Notes under the pieces: generated by a model
Databases searched by the model: none
The model's input: the letters and a program-made list of their open reading frames with translations, nothing else
Told to the model about the DNA's origin: nothing
Part shown: positions 48,584 to 58,054 of the stretch, one piece after another
How the letters are laid out: every line of letters begins with the position of its first letter
Numbering within the stretch: the first letter of the stretch is position 1
Assembly (NCBI GenBank): GCA_964393845.1
Contig: CAYMUX010000002.1
Coordinates: 4,741-65,745 of the forward strand
Source: an uncultured Nitrospiraceae bacterium
GTDB lineage: Bacteria; Nitrospirota; Thermodesulfovibrionia; UBA6902
Length of the DNA stretch: 61,005 nt
Direction of reading: 5' to 3'
Made by a program: the position numbers and the translations under genes

Positions 48584-50668
48584 ATGCATAACAAAGTGGA
48601 TAATTTATTCCCGCCGGGCACAAAAGTCAGAACAATAATTAATTTTTTAGAAGGAGGGCTGTACGTACTAAAAAATGAGGGGGTTGCATCTTTTATTAAT
48701 AGAGCATGGTTGAGATTCAGGGGCAGATCATCAAGACCCAAGATAGTCCTCCAAAAAGAAATCAGATCTCTCCAATTCCCGGCATTTGAACACCCGGAAG
48801 TTTCTATCGTTATACCTGTCTTTAATAAAGCCCTCTATACTTTTAACTGTCTTATGTCCGTTCTCCGGAATACCGAAGGGATTGAATATGAGGTTATAGT
48901 TGTTGATAATGCTTCAACAGATGAAACCTCTGAGATGCTGTCGAAGATAGAAAATATCCGAGTTATTAAGAATTCTGAAAACCTTGGTTTCGTTGATGCA
49001 TGCAACAGGGGAGCAAAAGATGCAAAAGGCAGATTTTTACATTTTCTCAATAATGACACTGTAGTCTTGAATGGCTGGCTCTCATCATTAATTAAAACTC
49101 TTGAGAAATATTCCAGGGCAGGAGCTGTAGGTTCCAAGCTAATCTATCCTAATTACAAAATTCAGGAAGCAGGGGGAATTGTATGGAAGGATGCTTCGGC
49201 ATGGAATTACGGGAAATTTGACGATCCCGACAAGCCCGAATACAATTATGTACGTGAAGTTGACTATTGCTCCGCAGCATCTTTAATGATCAGAAAAAAT
49301 CTCTTCGAACAGATCGGGGGCTTTGATCGGAGATTTTCTCCGGCTTACTGGGAAGATACTGATTTATGTTTCTCTATCCGCAGTCTCGGATATAGGGTTC
49401 TTTTGCAGCCGTCATCCGTGGTTATACATTTTGAGGGCGTATCAGCAGGTAGAAATACCGCATCCGGGATGAAGAGACACCAGGACCTGAATAAACCGAA
49501 ATTTATAGAAAAATGGTCGGATGAACTTGAGAATCAATATGGGTATCAACCCGAAAACGTTTTTTTGGCAAGGGACCGCAACAGGAACAGGAGAATTCTC
49601 GTTATTGACCATCACGTCCCGGAATATGACAGGGACGCCGGCTCATTCTTTATGTTTAGCATGCTGAGGGACCTTACATCCATGGGTTGCCGGGTGGTTT
49701 TTTGGCCGCACAATCTTTTCGCTGAAGATCCATATACGGGAATCCTTCAGCAGATGGGAATTGAGGTGATTTACAACTCTGTAAATTTTAAAAAATACAT
49801 GAAAAGTTATGGGAAATTCTTTCATATGGTCTTCCTTACACGGACGCATATAGCTATTCATTACATTGACATTGTGAAAAAATATGTCCCGAATATAATT
49901 TACCACGCTCCTGACCTCGAGTTTATCCGGGAAAAGAGACGCGCCGAATTTGAAAAAATTTCTGCTAAGAAACTCAAAAAAATAAAAGAGCGGGAATTTT
50001 ATCTCCTGAATAACAGCCATTTGATAACCACTGTCAGTTCGATAGAGGGCGACATTATCCAAAAAGAAATTCCAAACACGATGGTAGTGGTTGTTCCCCA
50101 CCCTATTGAAAAGTCGATGAAAACCCAAACAGTTTTTGAAGGTCGCAGGGATTTGCTTTTTGTAGGAAGCATGCATACGCCAAATACAGACGCTATTTTA
50201 TATTTTGCAAAAGAAGTCATGCCGGACCTCATCACTAAATTACCTGATATAAAGTTTTATGTTGTCGGCAGCAATCCCCCAAAAGAGATATTAGCGCTTA
50301 ATTCAGATAATATAGTTGTAACAGGCTTTGTTAAGGATTTGCTCCCCTATTTTGAAAAGTGCAGAATTTACATTGCGCCGCTAAGGTACGGTGCGGGGGT
50401 TAAAGGGAAAATCATTGAGGCAATGAATTACGGCATGCCGGTCATTACAACTTCCATAGGAGCGGAGGGCCTAAACTTGACTCATGGCGAAAATATTCTG
50501 ATAGCAGACAATAGGACGACCTTGATTGAATATATTGAGTCGCTGTATAACGATAGGGAACTGTGGAATAAACTTCGTCAAAATGCTTTTAAACATGTTG
50601 AAGACAACTTTTCACAGGATGTCTTTAATACCCAGATAAAAAAGATAATGGATTATATCGGTCAATAG
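48584..50668 (+). CDS. Two-domain glycosyltransferase (GT2 plus GT-B/GT4-like)
   Basis: VSIVIPVFN, VVDNAS, FLNND, WEDTDL; APLRYGAGVKGKIIEAM. Confidence 0.9.
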   Translation: MHNKVDNLFPPGTKVRTIINFLEGGLYVLKNEGVASFINRAWLRFRGRSSRPKIVLQKEIRSLQFPAFEHPEVSIVIPVFNKALYTFNCLMSVLRNTEGIEYEVIVVDNASTDETSEMLSKIENIRVIKNSENLGFVDACNRGAKDAKGRFLHFLNNDTVVLNGWLSSLIKTLEKYSRAGAVGSKLIYPNYKIQEAGGIVWKDASAWNYGKFDDPDKPEYNYVREVDYCSAASLMIRKNLFEQIGGFDRRFSPAYWEDTDLCFSIRSLGYRVLLQPSSVVIHFEGVSAGRNTASGMKRHQDLNKPKFIEKWSDELENQYGYQPENVFLARDRNRNRRILVIDHHVPEYDRDAGSFFMFSMLRDLTSMGCRVVFWPHNLFAEDPYTGILQQMGIEVIYNSVNFKKYMKSYGKFFHMVFLTRTHIAIHYIDIVKKYVPNIIYHAPDLEFIREKRRAEFEKISAKKLKKIKEREFYLLNNSHLITTVSSIEGDIIQKEIPNTMVVVVPHPIEKSMKTQTVFEGRRDLLFVGSMHTPNTDAILYFAKEVMPDLITKLPDIKFYVVGSNPPKEILALNSDNIVVTGFVKDLLPYFEKCRIYIAPLRYGAGVKGKIIEAMNYGMPVITTSIGAEGLNLTHGENILIADNRTTLIEYIESLYNDRELWNKLRQNAFKHVEDNFSQDVFNTQIKKIMDYIGQ

Positions 50669-50685
50669 GATGAGTTAAAATGAAG

Positions 50686-50799
50686 ACTCCCCGCCGCAAG
50701 CGGACGGGGTATCAAGGGATTAATTTGAAAAATCCCCCCTGCCCCCCTTTTTCAAAGGGGGGTAATTATAAGGAACCGCCGCAAAGACAGCGGGGTATT
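50686..50799. repeat. Composite palindromic element: CCGCCGCAA..CGGGGTAT repeats flanking a CCCCCTTT..AAAGGGGG half-copy
   Basis: Hairpin 50686-50712, inner element 50728-50763, degenerate repeat 50775-50799. Confidence 0.7.
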
Positions 50800-50805
50800 A
50801 AAAGA

Positions 50806-51501
50806 ATGAATATCTGGAAATCCACAATAAAAAATATTCCAGCAGGTTATTTTCTCTACTGGCCTCATCAAATGTGGAAGTTTATTGCCGAAATGAAAGA
50901 CGGCTGTGTGGTCCTGGATATCGGCTGCGGCGAGGGCGGACTTCTGAAGGCGCTGAAGTTATTCAGAAATGACGCAAGGCTCATTGGAATGGATAAAGAA
51001 AGCCAAACCCTGCCCGACGGCATTACCTTTTTCAAAATTAACATTCTGGAAGAGAAGCTTCCTCTTGATGACAATAGCGTAGACTACGCTTTTATGACGC
51101 ATGTACTTGAGCACCTTCAGCGCCCCGGTGACATATTATCGGAGCTTCAGAGGGTATTGAAGCCGGGAGGGAGAATATATATTGAGGCGCCTTCAATCCG
51201 TTCATGTTATGTTCCTTCAGTAAGCTTTAATCTGAAAGACGGTATGCCGGTCAATTTTTATGACGACCCTTCGCATATCAGGCCGTACAGTAAATGCGCC
51301 CTATGGCACCTGCTCAAACACTGGTTCAGGCCGGTTAAGACAGGGTATGCAAGGAACTGGTTCAGAACTGCTGTGTCACCTCTTCAAATAATTATTTCAT
51401 TCATTCTAAGAAAGAGATGGCATTTTGCCGTGGGTATGTGGGCGTTGATCGGCTGGAGCGTTTATATTATTGCCGAGAAGGAGGGAAATGGAAAAAATTA
51501 A
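50806..51501 (+). CDS. Class I SAM methyltransferase
   Basis: VLDIGCGEG, HVLEHL, RVLKPGG; the track start at 50680 reads through the repeat element. Confidence 0.88.
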   Translation: MNIWKSTIKNIPAGYFLYWPHQMWKFIAEMKDGCVVLDIGCGEGGLLKALKLFRNDARLIGMDKESQTLPDGITFFKINILEEKLPLDDNSVDYAFMTHVLEHLQRPGDILSELQRVLKPGGRIYIEAPSIRSCYVPSVSFNLKDGMPVNFYDDPSHIRPYSKCALWHLLKHWFRPVKTGYARNWFRTAVSPLQIIISFILRKRWHFAVGMWALIGWSVYIIAEKEGNGKN

Positions 51502-52603
51502 TTTTGATTGCCGGCATTTCAGAGGAGACATTCCCTGTAAGCCTCACAAAGAACACGGGGTCCATTGTGAGGGGTGCGTATATTACGACAAAATAGAATT
51601 CAAGATACTCATAATAAAGCTGGATGCGGTTGGAGATGTATTAAGGACGACCTGCATTTTACAGGGGTTAAAGGAAAAATACCGGAATTCACACATTACA
51701 TGGCTGACAAAACGGCAGTCCCTGCCCATTTTTGAGAATAATGATTTAGTCGATGCCGTCATTGATTATTCCGCAGAGTCTTTCTTACAGATACAATCAG
51801 AGCATTATGACATGGTTATTAACCCCGACGCAGCTCCAAAAAGCGCAAGGCTTGCACAGGCGGCGAGAGGAGATGTCAAGATCGGATTCGGTTATCACGA
51901 AAAAGGACATGTATATCCCTTTAATAAAGAAGCTCAGCGATGGTTTGAGATGGGATTATTCGATGACATAAAAAAGGCCAATACCTCAACTTACCAGCAA
52001 ATCATTCTGGACATGATAGGGCTGTCTCCTTCCAGCCATGAGATAATTCTTAAGCTGAGCGATGATGAAACTAAATTTGCAGAGGCATTTGCCGGTAAGA
52101 ATAATATCGGAAAAAACGATTTGAAGATCGGTTTAAATACGGGCGCCGGGGGGAGGTGGGAGTTCAAGAAGTGGACAGTCGAAGGCTTCTCCGGCCTGAT
52201 TGAAATGATTAATAAAGAATTACCGAAAGCTAAAATACTTTTATACGGCGGCCCTGAAGAGAGGGACCGAAATACGTATTTAAGTAATAAATATCCCGGC
52301 AAAGTAATCATTACCGGTTGTGATAATTCTCTGAGAGAGTTCATGTCACTGATGAGCATTTGCGACATCCTCGTTACAGGAGATACAATGGCATTGCATA
52401 TAGCCCTGGCTTTAAGGAAAAAAGTTGCAGCTCTGCTTGGCCCGACTTCCCATACGGAAATAGACCTTTACGGTCGCGGAGAGGCAATCCGCGCAGATAT
52501 CAAATGCCTGTGCTGCTATAAACAAACTTGTGATGTAAGCCCGAACTGCATGGAATTGATAACTTCAGAGATGGTATTTAATTGTATAAGGGGACTGACG
52601 TAA
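51488..52603 (+). CDS. GT9 (heptosyltransferase-like) glycosyltransferase with a Cys-rich N-terminus
   Basis: IIKLDAVGDVL, KKW, VTGDTMALHIA, LLGPT; N-terminal DCRHF..PC.PHK..HCEGC. Confidence 0.88.
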   Translation: MEKINFDCRHFRGDIPCKPHKEHGVHCEGCVYYDKIEFKILIIKLDAVGDVLRTTCILQGLKEKYRNSHITWLTKRQSLPIFENNDLVDAVIDYSAESFLQIQSEHYDMVINPDAAPKSARLAQAARGDVKIGFGYHEKGHVYPFNKEAQRWFEMGLFDDIKKANTSTYQQIILDMIGLSPSSHEIILKLSDDETKFAEAFAGKNNIGKNDLKIGLNTGAGGRWEFKKWTVEGFSGLIEMINKELPKAKILLYGGPEERDRNTYLSNKYPGKVIITGCDNSLREFMSLMSICDILVTGDTMALHIALALRKKVAALLGPTSHTEIDLYGRGEAIRADIKCLCCYKQTCDVSPNCMELITSEMVFNCIRGLT

Positions 52604-53764
52604 TTGAAGATACTTATTGTTACACCTTTTTTTCCGCACGCCGGGGTCCATCATGCCGGCGGTAAATTTATATTTGAATTAATCACGGGATTGTCCCGAA
52701 AGCATAACATATATCTTTTTTCCAGAATTGAACCAGGTGAAATGAAATTCGTAAAAAACATGGAAGGTTTTTGTGATAATATTAAACTATATAAATTCAA
52801 GACACCGCGCAATTCAAACCCTTTGAGACCCTTCCTCATCATTATGTCATACCTCTGTCTGGCTGTCAGGGCAAACCGGTTTATCCGGGAAAACAACTTT
52901 GATATAGTACAGGTGGAACATGCGGAAACAGGCCTCTTAATTAAAAAGCAAAAAAATGCAAAACTCCTACTGGATGCCCATGATGTAATATCAAAACCTG
53001 CTGAGAGAAGGTATCGTTCTTCAAAGGGGCTCATTCGAAAGTCTTCAGACTGGCTGAAATGGCAGATTGTCAGGAGAATGGAAGTTTATATAGCCGGGAA
53101 ATTCGATATGATCTTTACCCGCTCTCAAATAGATAAAGACATTATCCTCGGTCTCTGTTCAAACCTGAACGTCAGCGTAATCCCTCATCCGGTCCGGAGC
53201 TGCAAACCGTCAACAAAATTTTCAAAAGAAGAAAATATAATACTGTTCGTCGGGGCCATGAGCAGAGACGTAAACATCAAGGCCGCCATTTTTATATATA
53301 ATAAGATTCTTCCATTGATTCAATACGAGGTACGTGACGTTAAGATTTATATTGTCGGCCATAACCCGCCGCGGGAAGTTAGAGAGTTGGCCGATAAATC
53401 CGATAACATCGTCGTTACAGGCTTTGTGGATGATGTGGCGCCTTATTACCAACGGGCCGCGATTTTTGTCAGCCCGATATTTATTGGAGGAGGCATTATC
53501 GCAAAAAACATCGAGGCCATGTCATACGGCCTGCCGGTAGTAACTACGGCTATAGGTAATGAAGGGATTGAGGCCGTACCCGATAGTGACCTTATGATAG
53601 CTGACACTGAAAGTGAGTTCGCCAGGGCAATTATCTGTCTTTTGAAAAATCCCGGACTGAGAGAACAGATCGGGGGAAAAGGGAAATCGTATGTTGAAAA
53701 GAAGTTCAACGTCGATTTAGTATTGAGTAATATCGAAAGAAGCTATGAGACATTGTTTAAATAG
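52604..53764 (+). CDS. GT4-like glycosyltransferase
   Basis: KILIVTPFFP, TGFVDD, KNIEAMSYGLPVVTT. Confidence 0.88.
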   Translation: MKILIVTPFFPHAGVHHAGGKFIFELITGLSRKHNIYLFSRIEPGEMKFVKNMEGFCDNIKLYKFKTPRNSNPLRPFLIIMSYLCLAVRANRFIRENNFDIVQVEHAETGLLIKKQKNAKLLLDAHDVISKPAERRYRSSKGLIRKSSDWLKWQIVRRMEVYIAGKFDMIFTRSQIDKDIILGLCSNLNVSVIPHPVRSCKPSTKFSKEENIILFVGAMSRDVNIKAAIFIYNKILPLIQYEVRDVKIYIVGHNPPREVRELADKSDNIVVTGFVDDVAPYYQRAAIFVSPIFIGGGIIAKNIEAMSYGLPVVTTAIGNEGIEAVPDSDLMIADTESEFARAIICLLKNPGLREQIGGKGKSYVEKKFNVDLVLSNIERSYETLFK

Positions 53765-53769
53765 TTAAC

Positions 53770-54813
53770 ATGACTGACATAAGAAAAAAAGATATTACAG
53801 TTTCGGTCATCATTCTCAATTACAATGGGATAAGTTATGTTGAGGAATGTATGGAATCTGTTTTAAATCAGACTTTCAGGGATAAAGAAATTATTGTTAT
53901 CGATAACGGCTCTTCGGATGGTTCCGGAGAATTATTAAAAAAAATGGCATCTTCAGAAATCATATATATCGAAAATAAAGATAACCTCGGCTTTGCATCC
54001 GGCAATAATATAGGTATAAGAAGGGCAAAGGGCAGATTTATCGCTCTATTGAATAATGATGCCGTTGCCGATGAAAAGTGGCTGGAGAATTTGGTATCCG
54101 CTGCATTGAAGTCAGACAGCAGTTACGGTTCCTGGGCGTCTAAAATTCTTTTCTACGATAATCGGAAAACCATCGATACAGTTGGACACCTTATATATCC
54201 AGACGGGCTTAACAGAGGAAGGGGTAAAGGTGAAGAGGATACGGGACAATATAATGGAGAAGAAGAGGTCTTTTTCCCCAGCGGATGCGCTGCCTTATAT
54301 TCAAAAAAGATGCTTGATGAAATAGGTTATTTTGATCCCGACTTCTTTGCATACGGTGATGATACTGACATAGGACTCAGGGCAAGACTTGCGGGATGGA
54401 AATGTCTTTATGTACCGGGGTCAGTAGTTTACCATCATTCTTCGGGAACAACGGGCAAATATTCCCCGCTTAAGGCTTATCTTGTGGAGAGGAACAGGTT
54501 TTGGATATTAATTAAATATTTCCCTTTGAAGTATATTGTAATTAGTCCTGTATACACTTTCTTGAGATTTATTCTGCAAGCTTATGGAGTTCTTGCGCGT
54601 AAAGGATCTGCCGGCAGGTTCGTGGAAGAGTTTTCCGGAATAAGTCTTCTGCGTGTACTTATAAAAGCTTACATAGACGCATTCAGGAAGTTGCCCCTGA
54701 TGCTCAGAAAGAGGTCCGCCATGAAAAAGCTGGTCAAAACTTCAAATAAGGATTTTTCTTTCTGGCTTAAACGATTCAGAATACGCGCCGTGGAGATTGC
54801 TCTTAAGGATTAG
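53770..54813 (+). CDS. GT2 glycosyltransferase
   Basis: VSVIILNYNG, IDNGS, LLNND, YGDDTD. Confidence 0.9.
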   Translation: MTDIRKKDITVSVIILNYNGISYVEECMESVLNQTFRDKEIIVIDNGSSDGSGELLKKMASSEIIYIENKDNLGFASGNNIGIRRAKGRFIALLNNDAVADEKWLENLVSAALKSDSSYGSWASKILFYDNRKTIDTVGHLIYPDGLNRGRGKGEEDTGQYNGEEEVFFPSGCAALYSKKMLDEIGYFDPDFFAYGDDTDIGLRARLAGWKCLYVPGSVVYHHSSGTTGKYSPLKAYLVERNRFWILIKYFPLKYIVISPVYTFLRFILQAYGVLARKGSAGRFVEEFSGISLLRVLIKAYIDAFRKLPLMLRKRSAMKKLVKTSNKDFSFWLKRFRIRAVEIALKD

Positions 54814-54825
54814 ACTTTTCAGACT

Positions 54826-55548
54826 ATGAATAACGAATACAGTAAAATTATAGTTATTATACCCGCATATAATGAAGAAGCATCCATACTGAAAGTCATA
54901 ACTGACATTAAACTTATAGTCCCTTACGCTAAAATCGTTGTTATTGATGATGGGTCGACTGATAATAGCGCCGGTACAGCTTTACAGGCCGGTGCGGTTG
55001 TAATAAGCCATCCTTTTAATCTCGGATATGGCGCAGCCCTTCAAACAGGGTATAAGTATGCCTTGAGAAAGGGTTATGATATCGTTGTCCAGCTTGACGG
55101 CGACGGGCAGCATGACCCTCATAATATTCCGGACGTCCTTCAGCCGATACAAGATAACAGTGCAGATGTAGTAATAGGTTCAAGATTTTTAGGGAAAGAT
55201 GTTTATAAAATTCCCTTTCTGAGAAAAACCGGGATGAGGATATTTAGTTTTATCGCATCTGTCATTATGAAGCAGCCGGTCACTGACTCAACATCCGGCT
55301 ATCAGGCTTTGAACAGAAATGTTTTTACGTTTTATTCGGACAGGCGATATCCCGTAGACTTCCCTGACGCTGACGTTCTTATAATGCTGAAACGGTCCGG
55401 GTTCAGAATAAAAGAGGTCCCCGTAACAATGCATGGTTCTCATAAATCCATGCATTCAGGATTAAAACCTCTTTATTATATTTTTAAAATGATTCTCTCG
55501 ATATTGTTGACGGTATTGAGGAAAGAAAAAAATATGGAGGAGGCCTGA
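54826..55548 (+). CDS. GT2 polyprenol-phosphate glycosyltransferase (DPM1-like)
   Basis: IIPAYNEE, DDGSTD, NLGYGAA, DGDGQH, VIGSRF, DSTSG. Confidence 0.88.
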   Translation: MNNEYSKIIVIIPAYNEEASILKVITDIKLIVPYAKIVVIDDGSTDNSAGTALQAGAVVISHPFNLGYGAALQTGYKYALRKGYDIVVQLDGDGQHDPHNIPDVLQPIQDNSADVVIGSRFLGKDVYKIPFLRKTGMRIFSFIASVIMKQPVTDSTSGYQALNRNVFTFYSDRRYPVDFPDADVLIMLKRSGFRIKEVPVTMHGSHKSMHSGLKPLYYIFKMILSILLTVLRKEKNMEEA

Positions 55549-55549
55549 T

Positions 55550-55906
55550 ATGCAGTTAATGGATATACCGATTCATCAAAAGATTTTTGCCTTAATAACA
55601 TCAGTAGTTATATTTGTCTTTATTATCGAAATGCTGAGGAGGAGAAAGCTTAAAGAAGAATATTCGTGGTTGTGGATATTGACCGGTATAGGAATGATAA
55701 TCCTTGTTTTTTGGTATAAGCTCCTTGTAATAATTACAAATCTCATTGGCGCCGTGACTCCGACAACTACATTGTTCCTTTTTTCAAACCTTTTTCTTCT
55801 TGTTTTATCCATTCACTACTCCATTATAATATCCAAATTAACGCATCAGATTAAGGACGTTAGTCAGGAAATTGCTCTATTAAAAATTGAGATGAAAGAA
55901 AAATAA
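55550..55906 (+). CDS. DUF2304-family small membrane protein
   Basis: Three TM helices, RRRKLKEEYS.LW, QEIALL tail; follows the DPM1-like GT2. Confidence 0.8.
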   Translation: MQLMDIPIHQKIFALITSVVIFVFIIEMLRRRKLKEEYSWLWILTGIGMIILVFWYKLLVIITNLIGAVTPTTTLFLFSNLFLLVLSIHYSIIISKLTHQIKDVSQEIALLKIEMKEK

Positions 55907-55916
55907 ATTTCAGCTT

Positions 55917-57896
55917 TCATTTTCTCCCGGTTTCAAAGAGACTGGCCTTTTGAAGATGTTCTTCCGCCTTGCCGTGCAGACCAATCTTTGAATATGCAAC
56001 GCCCAAGTTATAATGCGCATTGGCATAATCAGGTTTTAGTCTTATAGCATTTATATATTCTGTAATGGCGCTGTTTATGTTTCCATTCAAATAGTATGTC
56101 AGCCCCAGATTGTAATATGCTTCAACGTAATCCGGATTTATTGCAATTGCATTCTTGAAATACTTTACGGCCGTATCGAGTTGGCCTTCTTTTACATAAA
56201 TAATGCCGAGGTTATAGTGCGCCCTGGCATGGCCGGGATTTATATCAATTGCCTTACGAAAATACTCTGTCGCCTTATCAAGATGTCCCTTCTCCATGTA
56301 TATTATGGCGAGATTGTTATATGCTTTATCATAATCTGCCTTTATAGTAATTGCCCTGTTAAAGGAATGAACTGCCTTATCATATTGTCCCTTCCGCGCA
56401 TAGGCAAATCCGAGATTATAGTGGGCCTTAGCATAGTCAGGTCTTAAGGCAACTGCCTTACTAAGATAATAAACAGCATTATCCGGCTGACCTTTCTCAA
56501 TATAGGCATCTCCGAGATTTGTTAATGCTATTACATTATGAGGACTCTTCTCTACAACATCGTTCCACAGAGTAACCCCGTCCTTCCATACGGAGTTTCT
56601 GGCATATGTGGAAGCAGACAGTATTACAATTATAAAAACAAAAAACGGAGCAACGGCTGCTTTAATATGTGGGAATTTATCCTTGAGTTTATCTGCCGCA
56701 ATAAAAACAGCAGTCGTTATTGCAATAAAGGCCCCGGCTGACGGGAGATAAACCCTGTGCTCAAATATTACATGCAATATGGGGATAATGCTTGACTCTA
56801 CGGACAGAGTCACAAAAAACCAGCATATACCAAAGGATACCAGTCGTAAATTCGGGTCCGAATACCATGAACGTTTTGTCCCGCTGGAAAAATCGGGAGA
56901 AGCCTTCTTTCCAACGGCGTAAAGAATATAGACAGCAATACATGATACAGTCAATAACAATATAAAAGACAAGAAAACATTTATGTTAAAAAAAGAGTTA
57001 TATATCGGATAATCATAGAGAAGATTTTGATTTACCGGCAGAAATATCAATCTTATGTATGTAACTATGACCCTGCATTGCGTATAAAAATAGTCCATTC
57101 TTGATAGTTGTGTCTCAAGCTTCGTTACCTCACCAACATCGCCTATTACTTCTCCAACAGGCTTGTTAATATCTATAAGACTTAATGGAATAATCAGCAT
57201 AGTCAGAAGAAGCGGAACAAGAATCAACAATCGCTTCCTGATCTTTCCTTCAAAAAAAATTAATTCATAAAGACCGGCCATAACCGGCAGGGTAAACGCA
57301 ATGCTCTTTGTCTTCATCGCAAGTATTGCGGAAACAACGGATATGAAATAAGAGACCCAAAAAATTCTGGTATCGGCTTTTGTTATCTGGATAAGTCTTG
57401 ATTTTACATACATGACAAGTGAGAGAAGATAAAACATGGTTGCAAGTGACGCGAGTCTCTGAACAATATATGTAACTGCCTGTGTCTGTAAAGGATGGGC
57501 AACAAAAAGGAGGGCTGAAAAAAGAGCGATTAGATTCGTTTGGAATTTATAATCAACAATACGATTTATTACCGAAGTCTTTAACGTAAAAATAACGAGA
57601 TAGTAGACAAGGACAGCATTTATGAGATGAATCATAAGATTAAAAACATGATATCCGGTGACATCCAGACCGTGCATTTTGTAATTCAGTGCAAAAGTCA
57701 AATAACTGATATATCGTGTATTAAAAAACTCGTAGTTTGAAGAAAAAGGTTGAGCAAAATTATTTAGATCTTTAATAACAGCGTTCTCTGAAATATTATT
57801 TATGTCATCAAATTGAAACGGGACATTAAAAGTATTTGAATAAACTGCAAGGCCGAGGAATACAATTAATAATATATTAACAGCATGTTTATTCAT
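55917..57896 (-). CDS. TMTC-like GT-C membrane glycosyltransferase with C-terminal TPRs
   Basis: PFQFDD acidic loop, HPLQTQAVTYIVQR, EHRVYLPS, RNSVW, about 6 TPRs. Confidence 0.85.
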   Translation of the reverse strand: MNKHAVNILLIVFLGLAVYSNTFNVPFQFDDINNISENAVIKDLNNFAQPFSSNYEFFNTRYISYLTFALNYKMHGLDVTGYHVFNLMIHLINAVLVYYLVIFTLKTSVINRIVDYKFQTNLIALFSALLFVAHPLQTQAVTYIVQRLASLATMFYLLSLVMYVKSRLIQITKADTRIFWVSYFISVVSAILAMKTKSIAFTLPVMAGLYELIFFEGKIRKRLLILVPLLLTMLIIPLSLIDINKPVGEVIGDVGEVTKLETQLSRMDYFYTQCRVIVTYIRLIFLPVNQNLLYDYPIYNSFFNINVFLSFILLLTVSCIAVYILYAVGKKASPDFSSGTKRSWYSDPNLRLVSFGICWFFVTLSVESSIIPILHVIFEHRVYLPSAGAFIAITTAVFIAADKLKDKFPHIKAAVAPFFVFIIVILSASTYARNSVWKDGVTLWNDVVEKSPHNVIALTNLGDAYIEKGQPDNAVYYLSKAVALRPDYAKAHYNLGFAYARKGQYDKAVHSFNRAITIKADYDKAYNNLAIIYMEKGHLDKATEYFRKAIDINPGHARAHYNLGIIYVKEGQLDTAVKYFKNAIAINPDYVEAYYNLGLTYYLNGNINSAITEYINAIRLKPDYANAHYNLGVAYSKIGLHGKAEEHLQKASLFETGRK

Positions 57897-58054
57897 GCTC
57901 TAATTGTGCACTAATAAATATTAAGCTTGCAAGTTTGGAATAAAGGCAGTTCATGAAAAGCCTTGACATGCTTGATTCTACAGGCATGCCTTTTTTATAT
58001 GCATTTTTGGGGTTAATATATATTTCAGCGATAAAGAGGCAGAATTTAAAAACA

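Noticed and set aside
55950-56520. Periodic DNA similarity as a CRISPR array
   Set aside because: The period is 34 codons and in frame, i.e. TPR repeats; no cas genes.
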